From a virus (Duplodnaviria; Caudoviricetes), in IMG/VR virus record IMGVR_UViG_3300037870_000089, positions 1 through 44,742 of that record: 44,742 bases of DNA; one strand, given 5' to 3'. How positions within the stretch are numbered: the stretch's first letter is position 1; each line of letters begins with the position of its first letter. Made by a program: the position numbers and the translations under genes. The notes below the pieces were generated by a model that was not told the DNA's origin, did not search any database, and was given only the letters and a program-made list of their open reading frames with translations. Below are positions 39,944 to 44,742 of this stretch, piece by piece.

Positions 39944-40154
39944 ACAAACATTGATAAAAGCAAAGAACGTGTTATCCCGTGCGGGATATTTAGGTCTTAC
40001 TCACCGTGAGGTGGCTGAAATACAAGAATACATAGAACTTCTTGAAGACCGCATACGGGTCGAGCATATCATGGTGCCCCTATGCCCTCATGTGAGTAAG
40101 TCTTATGCGGAGGCACATCAACAAGACCTATTCGATATGGGAGGTGCGTCATGA
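39924..40154 (+). CDS. early hypothetical protein
   Basis: GAGGA RBS; coupled to neighbours. Confidence 0.6.
   Translation: MTMQSDKQTLIKAKNVLSRAGYLGLTHREVAEIQEYIELLEDRIRVEHIMVPLCPHVSKSYAEAHQQDLFDMGGAS
39973..39988. repeat. palindrome A, inverted orientation, inside a CDS
   Basis: TATCCCGTGCGGGATA is the reverse complement of the consensus. Confidence 0.88.
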
Positions 40155-40375
40155 GTACATGGAAAGGAAGGAAGATGGCAACAATGGAGAAACCACATGC
40201 CGTCTACACCAACGAATTGGGTTGGGAGTGGCGTGTCCTCAAGCAACACCAACGTACTACCAACGGAGCCTATGACCGATTCTATTGTGCAGTCAAGAGT
40301 CCGTATACACATGGCACCTACGACTATGGCGATGTGTACTGTGCTGATGTAATGAATAACGGGAGACTGTCATGA
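40151..40375 (+). CDS. hypothetical phage protein
   Basis: GGAGGT RBS; GWEWRVLK...KSPYT.G..DYGD.Y. Confidence 0.75.
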   Translation: MSTWKGRKMATMEKPHAVYTNELGWEWRVLKQHQRTTNGAYDRFYCAVKSPYTHGTYDYGDVYCADVMNNGRLS

Positions 40376-40584
40376 GTCGATGTGAAAACAAGGTGGTGCA
40401 TTGTGTGCCTAAAGGACCTTATGATTACAAGGATGTGTACATGAGGTGTGGGGAAACTGGGTACTGGGGCGATGTGCTGATATGCGATGCGTGTCATATG
40501 AGTGCTGTGATAAAGGAACGTGCTGAACGGAAACAAAAGAAGAATAAGGAGTTCCTGCTGACTTTTACTGGGAGACTGTCATGA
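40372..40584 (+). CDS. Cys-rich hypothetical protein
   Basis: C..RCG.TG..G....CDAC; ATGA overlaps at both ends. Confidence 0.7.
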   Translation: MSRCENKVVHCVPKGPYDYKDVYMRCGETGYWGDVLICDACHMSAVIKERAERKQKKNKEFLLTFTGRLS

Positions 40585-40757
40585 GATATGGATTTGATGA
40601 ATACGCAAGTTATTATGTCGAGGGTAAGCACCTCGTTAAACTGTCGTACTGGAATGAATTAATTTCACACAGGAAGTTGAGTACCACAGAGCAATACCAA
40701 ATGAATCAAGACATAGCCCTTCTATTTATGGAATCGAGGACCAAATATGAAAACTAG
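40581..40757 (+). CDS. hypothetical protein (58 aa, not in ORF track)
   Basis: MRYGFDEYASYY...; GGGAG RBS, ATGA overlap. Confidence 0.65.
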   Translation: MRYGFDEYASYYVEGKHLVKLSYWNELISHRKLSTTEQYQMNQDIALLFMESRTKYEN

Positions 40758-41226
40758 CGTATACCGAAACTTGCACAACAACATGCTATCTTTACGGGTA
40801 GGTGGATTGGTGGTGGGTCACTGTAACTACATCACCCTAGAGGATGTAGACCTACACGTTAACTTGAAGGGTGCCCTTCTCATCCATGAGGGGGGACCTA
40901 AGAAGGTAGTGGCGTGGGCATCAGGGCACCCCACATGTATTGCGGGGTTCAAGCCTTACAAGGGTCGTGAGTTACCCGAAATGATACCCGAATTTACTTA
41001 TTCGGGGGAGTTGGCTTGGGAATATCCTGTACGATTCAACCCAAAAAGGCGGGTGGATTGGACCATCGAAACCACCCCATCTCTGCTACCTGTTGACAAG
41101 CCAGTAACCCGACTAGCATCCCTCAATATTGATGTTAGTGGGGGTATAGGGGGGTCGTTACGAATGATGGGCACAGAAGACTTTGATGGGGTGGGTGTAA
41201 CCCTACCACGCTCTGCATGGGCTTGA
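40747..41226 (+). CDS. hypothetical phage protein (VYRNLH N-terminus)
   Basis: GAGG RBS; VYRNLH....S, K.V.A, VRFNP. Confidence 0.75.
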   Translation: MKTSVYRNLHNNMLSLRVGGLVVGHCNYITLEDVDLHVNLKGALLIHEGGPKKVVAWASGHPTCIAGFKPYKGRELPEMIPEFTYSGELAWEYPVRFNPKRRVDWTIETTPSLLPVDKPVTRLASLNIDVSGGIGGSLRMMGTEDFDGVGVTLPRSAWA

Positions 41227-41251
41227 GTAACATGTTCCACTCATGTATAAT
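41223..41251 (+). promoter_or_regulatory. sigma70 promoter containing motif B
   Basis: TTGAGT-17nt-TATAAT with ACATG-TTCCACT-CATGT at 41230..41246. Confidence 0.8.
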
Positions 41252-41271
41252 ATCTACCACTAGGAGGGTAT

Positions 41272-41478
41272 ATGGATGACGTAATCAAGAATATATATGG
41301 CTTTGAGAAGGGCAGTGCAGGTGCCCTATATGTTAAGTGGTGCCTTAAGAACAGAAGGGTAATGAACCCCCGAAAGTTTTTAAGTACCCGCAATATACCG
41401 CAAAAGAACAGCACCCTTTACGGGTTAAGTAGGGCAAGTGAAACCCTTATTGAATTTCACAATTGGAGAAGTAAATGA
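41272..41478 (+). CDS. basic hypothetical protein
   Basis: AGGAGG RBS downstream of promoter. Confidence 0.7.
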   Translation: MDDVIKNIYGFEKGSAGALYVKWCLKNRRVMNPRKFLSTRNIPQKNSTLYGLSRASETLIEFHNWRSK

Positions 41479-41672
41479 AAGAAAGTCAAGTAGTTAGAGT
41501 ACAAAACCACCTTAACTCAGGTCGTGCAATTGATTGCATGTTGGGATTCAAGATGGGGATTGTGCGGTTAGCGGCAGTCATCCATATCTTACGCAACAAC
41601 GGCATGGATATTAAGGGGGAGCGTGTGTCTCAACTGGACGGGTCCCGACTAATGGTGTACAGTCGAGCGTAA
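41475..41672 (+). CDS. small winged helix-turn-helix protein
   Basis: SQ...V.NHL..G..I......GI.RLAA.I..LR..G..I pattern. Confidence 0.75.
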   Translation: MKESQVVRVQNHLNSGRAIDCMLGFKMGIVRLAAVIHILRNNGMDIKGERVSQLDGSRLMVYSRA

Positions 41673-41685
41673 GTGTAATACATAC

Positions 41686-41721
41686 GGCACACCTTGTAAG
41701 TATTTGCTTACAGGGTGTGCC
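41686..41721. terminator. 16-bp stem-loop (terminator or RNase III-type site)
   Basis: GGCACACCTTGTAAGT-ATTT-GCTTACAGGGTGTGCC then TTTA. Confidence 0.65.
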
Positions 41722-41926
41722 TTTATACTAGCAAGCACTTATAGTGGTGCGTATTTCAAGGAGCAATATGTTATTCTTTAAGGTATGGATATTTGAATTA
41801 TTAATAGTTACATCTCCATCAAAATCATTTTCCATAAGGAGGTTGGATACCTCTACCCTCAACATACACCTGCCACTCATTAACAGGGAAATTATTATTA
41901 GCAGACTATAGGCTATCGGAACCCCT

Positions 41927-42250
41927 ATGAACATAAAACAATTCAAGAAAATAATGGAGCAATTCAGGGTCTTGGACTCTGAGTTACAGGCTCAAACAAT
42001 ACTAGCCTTAGTGCTAGTCTACTTCAACGAGAACAACCCCGATGGGTATAGTGTTGGGGATTTAGCTGATGACTTAGGCGTTAGTCATGCCTCTGCATCA
42101 CGCAACTGGATGGTATGGAGTAAGCTCACCCGCTCAAGGAAGGTAGGTCCAGACTACATAACGGCAATAGAATGCCTGCACAATAGAGCGAGGAAAAGGT
42201 TGAGCCTCACCCCAAAGGGTAAGGCTTGTATTGAATCAATGTTTGACTAA
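41927..42250 (+). CDS. MarR-like winged-helix regulator, candidate repressor
   Basis: SVGDLADDLGVSHASASRN HTH; RARKRLSLTPKGK wing; directly upstream of integrase. Confidence 0.85.
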   Translation: MNIKQFKKIMEQFRVLDSELQAQTILALVLVYFNENNPDGYSVGDLADDLGVSHASASRNWMVWSKLTRSRKVGPDYITAIECLHNRARKRLSLTPKGKACIESMFD

Positions 42251-42266
42251 TATCCCGCACGGGATA
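42251..42266. repeat. palindrome A fused to integrase RBS
   Basis: TATCCCGCACGGGATA-AAGGAGGCAAT-ATG. Confidence 0.9.
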
Positions 42267-42277
42267 AAGGAGGCAAT

Positions 42278-43258
42278 ATGTCTATCTTAAGACGAGGGAA
42301 GGGGTGGCAACTCACCCTATGGCACAAAGGGAAACGGGTACTAAGACGTACCTACGATACCAAGGAGGGGGCAGTCATAGCAGAGGCTACCTGTAAGGTG
42401 GCACTAAGGGAAGGGCTACCGCTACCAGTAGCACAGCCCAACGACTCATGGACCCTGTCTATGGCATACTCAAAAGCGTTTACACTATACTGGAATGACA
42501 GTGGGTATCCTCTTTGGCAAGACAGGCACCGTAAGAAGGTGATGAAATTCTTTGGGGATGTACCTCTACCTCACATAACCAGTGAGGGTATTACCTCATT
42601 CACAATCCACCTCAAAGAGCAAGGGTTGTCGAATAGCACCATCAACCACTCGCTTCAGAGCTTGCGTAAGGTGTTGAAATTGGGGGATGAGAACGGTCAA
42701 CTAAGGCGTATGCCTATTGTTCGTTCCTTAAGGGTGAGCAACGCTCGCAGTCGCTTCCTATCAACAATTGAGGTGAGTGAGTTGTTGGAGGCGTGTAGTG
42801 ACGAGAGGCTCCATTTAGCTATCTTTATCTCGGTTCGTACTGGGTTGAGGGCAGGGGAGTTGGCACGATTAGAGTGGCGGCATATTCAGGGTAATGTCCT
42901 GTATGTGGAGAAGAGTAAGAACGGTGACCCCCGCAGTATTCCACTGGGGGCTGACTTAAGGAGTCTTCTAGATACTTATCACCCCTATGAGGGCACGTTA
43001 GTGTTCCCTGACGCAGACAAGTTGTTACGGAGGGGGTGGGAGGCACTACGGCAACAACAAGGGCTAGAGGGTGTGGTGTGGCACACGTTGCGTCACACGT
43101 TCGCATCCCACTTAGCACAGAGGGGCGTAGATATGTCAGTCATCAAAGGATTGATGGGTCATAGGCGTATTGAAACAACCATGCGTTATGCTAAACTAAG
43201 CCCTCTCAACTATAGGGATGCTATAAATAAACTAGGGGATGTGCAACTCCCCCGCTAA
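42278..43258 (+). CDS. int: tyrosine integrase
   Basis: TGLRAGEL (R), KSKNG (K), HTLRH (HxxR), LMGH, TMRYA (Y). Confidence 0.96.
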   Translation: MSILRRGKGWQLTLWHKGKRVLRRTYDTKEGAVIAEATCKVALREGLPLPVAQPNDSWTLSMAYSKAFTLYWNDSGYPLWQDRHRKKVMKFFGDVPLPHITSEGITSFTIHLKEQGLSNSTINHSLQSLRKVLKLGDENGQLRRMPIVRSLRVSNARSRFLSTIEVSELLEACSDERLHLAIFISVRTGLRAGELARLEWRHIQGNVLYVEKSKNGDPRSIPLGADLRSLLDTYHPYEGTLVFPDADKLLRRGWEALRQQQGLEGVVWHTLRHTFASHLAQRGVDMSVIKGLMGHRRIETTMRYAKLSPLNYRDAINKLGDVQLPR

Positions 43259-43277
43259 ATCGTGTGGCGAATTAGGG

Positions 43278-43306
43278 TTGAATTAGCCGCATACAGGGGA
43301 TATAAT
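43278..43306 (+). promoter_or_regulatory. sigma70 promoter facing the tRNA fragment
   Basis: TTGAAT-17nt-TATAAT followed by GC-rich AGCCCC. Confidence 0.75.
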
Positions 43307-43344
43307 AGCCCCTCTACTAACAACAAACCCGCAAGTCCACCCCT

Positions 43345-43387
43345 GCCTCGGTGGCGAAATTGGTAGACGCAAGGGACTTAAAATCCC
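43345..43387 (+). other. attP core: 5' half of tRNA-Leu(UAA)
   Basis: GCCTCGGTGGCGAAATTGGTAGACGCAAGGGACTTAAAATCCC = acceptor 5' strand, D arm, anticodon arm; no T arm or 3' end; next to integrase. Confidence 0.9.
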
Positions 43388-43451
43388 AAGCGTCTGCCTT
43401 ACACTCATGACCAACATTTACGACAAACCCAGTTATTTAGGGGGAATTTAC

Positions 43452-43480
43452 TTGTCTTACTTGTTGCAGTAGTGTATAAT
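43452..43480 (+). promoter_or_regulatory. sigma70 promoter for the RNAP gene, containing motif B
   Basis: TTGTCT-17nt-TATAAT; ACTTG-TTGCAGT-AGTGT at 43459..43475. Confidence 0.8.
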
Positions 43481-43530
43481 AAACACTCGCTCACTATTTG
43501 AAGTGGCGATATTGTGGCTAACAAGGAAAC

Positions 43531-43551
43531 TATTAATGGACACTATTGTCG
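43531..43551 (+). promoter_or_regulatory. candidate phage promoter overlapping RNAP start codon
   Basis: TATTAATGGACACTATTGTCG; shares ATGGACACTATTG with 36268 copy. Confidence 0.5.
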
Positions 43552-44742
43552 AGAGGGTTCTACAGGATAAGCAGATAGAGTTGGAAGAAGAGATGTCTTC
43601 TAAGGGTATCCGTCAGTTCCGTAAGAACCTAGAGGCTACCCCCGCCTCTCAATCCTTATCTGGTATAGCTCTTATGAAGAGGACTGTAGAGGAAGTAGAG
43701 AAGGGGCTAGTGGATTACCTGACCCGCTCGTTATCGGGTGAGGCAGGTAGAGGTAACAGGCATACCAATGCCAAACTACTTAACCTTATAGCACCAGATA
43801 AAGCGGCTTACATCACCCTTAAGGTGACCATAGACAGCCTTTCTGGTAACAATGCTCTTACCTCTACTGCTATGCGTATAGCACACGGGATAGAGGATGA
43901 GTTCAAATTTACCCTATTCAAAAAGGAGGAACCCCGACTGTTTAATGCAGTTAAAACAGCAGTAGGGCAGAGGACAAGCAATAGGCACTACATGCGTTAT
44001 AATCTCATTCACACCATGAATAAGCATGCCCTCATAACATATGAGCCTTGGTCTAAAACAGAGAAGTTGCATATTGGTTGCAAAATGCTAGATATATTGG
44101 TGACCACAACAGGTCTTATAGAGAAGAAGAAGGAGGGGCACGGCAGAAGGAGTAAACTGATATTGTTACCTACGACAGCCGCAAAGGATTGGATTAAGGA
44201 AGTAAACGAGAGAGGGGAGGGGTTGACACCTAGCTATGCCCCTTGCGTCATACCCCCCAAACCTTGGACCTCTCCCTATGAAGGAGGCTACTGGACGAGG
44301 GCAGTCAAACCAATACCTCTGGTCAAGACCAATAATCGGTTACTGTTGGAGGAGTTGGCTAATCATGAGATGCCCCAAGAATATAAGGCAATCAATGCCC
44401 TTCAGGATACCCGTTGGCGTATCAATAAAACTGTGTTGTCTGTGTTGGAACAGGTATGGGAAGGGGGAGGAGGATGGGCAGGGATACCAAGCAGGGATGA
44501 CCTCCCCATACCAACATGCCCCTTATCAAAGGACCTCACCAAAGAAAAGATGACTCCAGAACAGCAACACAAGTTCAAGGAGTGGAAGAGGTATGCGGCT
44601 ACCATATACACCAAGAATGCTAGGCTGACCAGTAAACGGTTGGGGTTGGTTCGCACCATCCAGATGGCAAAGAAATATAAAGAGGACCTTTATTTTGTGT
44701 ACCAAAATTGTTTTAGGTCCCGAAAATATTCGGTATCCTCAT
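43536..44742 (+). CDS. T7-like RNA polymerase, N-terminal part (absent from ORF track because it runs off the end)
   Basis: AAGGA RBS; MDTIVERVLQDKQIELEEEM..KG..., PCVIPPKPW...GGYW, AINALQDTRWRIN; joins position 8 in frame, about 810 aa in total. Confidence 0.95.
   Translation, partial: MDTIVERVLQDKQIELEEEMSSKGIRQFRKNLEATPASQSLSGIALMKRTVEEVEKGLVDYLTRSLSGEAGRGNRHTNAKLLNLIAPDKAAYITLKVTIDSLSGNNALTSTAMRIAHGIEDEFKFTLFKKEEPRLFNAVKTAVGQRTSNRHYMRYNLIHTMNKHALITYEPWSKTEKLHIGCKMLDILVTTTGLIEKKKEGHGRRSKLILLPTTAAKDWIKEVNERGEGLTPSYAPCVIPPKPWTSPYEGGYWTRAVKPIPLVKTNNRLLLEELANHEMPQEYKAINALQDTRWRINKTVLSVLEQVWEGGGGWAGIPSRDDLPIPTCPLSKDLTKEKMTPEQQHKFKEWKRYAATIYTKNARLTSKRLGLVRTIQMAKKYKEDLYFVYQNCFRSRKYSVSS

Noticed and set aside
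43345-43430. Complete tRNA-Leu gene
   Set aside because: No variable arm, GTTCRA T-loop or 3' acceptor strand after the anticodon stem
44236-44659. ORF-track calls 44236..44553 (+) and 44402..44659 (-)
   Set aside because: Alternative frames inside the RNAP N-terminal coding region

Overview
The window looks like an essentially complete, circularly permuted genome of a temperate T7-like podovirus (Autographiviridae). All convincing genes are on the + strand. The RNA polymerase gene is split by the window ends (43536..44742 continuing into 1..1234 through an 8-nt terminal overlap, ATCCTCAT). Gene order: RNAP, SSB, endonuclease I, degenerate amidase, primase/helicase, DNA polymerase A, ThyX, exonuclease, gp1.7-like, MazG-like, RNR alpha/beta, portal, scaffold, capsid, tail tube A/B, internal virion proteins, tail fibres (one collagen-like), holin-like, HNH, terminases, probable genome-end region, early genes, wHTH regulator, tyrosine integrase, attP. 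The most interesting content is non-coding. (1) A 16-bp palindrome, TATCCCGCACGGGATA, occurs 8 times exactly plus once partially, often fused to an RBS in cassette-like early gene units. (2) A second motif, ACATG-TTNCACT-CATGT, is embedded in the sigma70 promoters. (3) The attP is the 5' half of tRNA-Leu(UAA), with its own promoter and an extended inverted repeat. (4) SP6-like phage promoters are present, one overlapping the RNAP start codon. The T7-type lysozyme appears to have lost two Zn ligands. All family assignments are from motif recognition and synteny by eye, not database searches.
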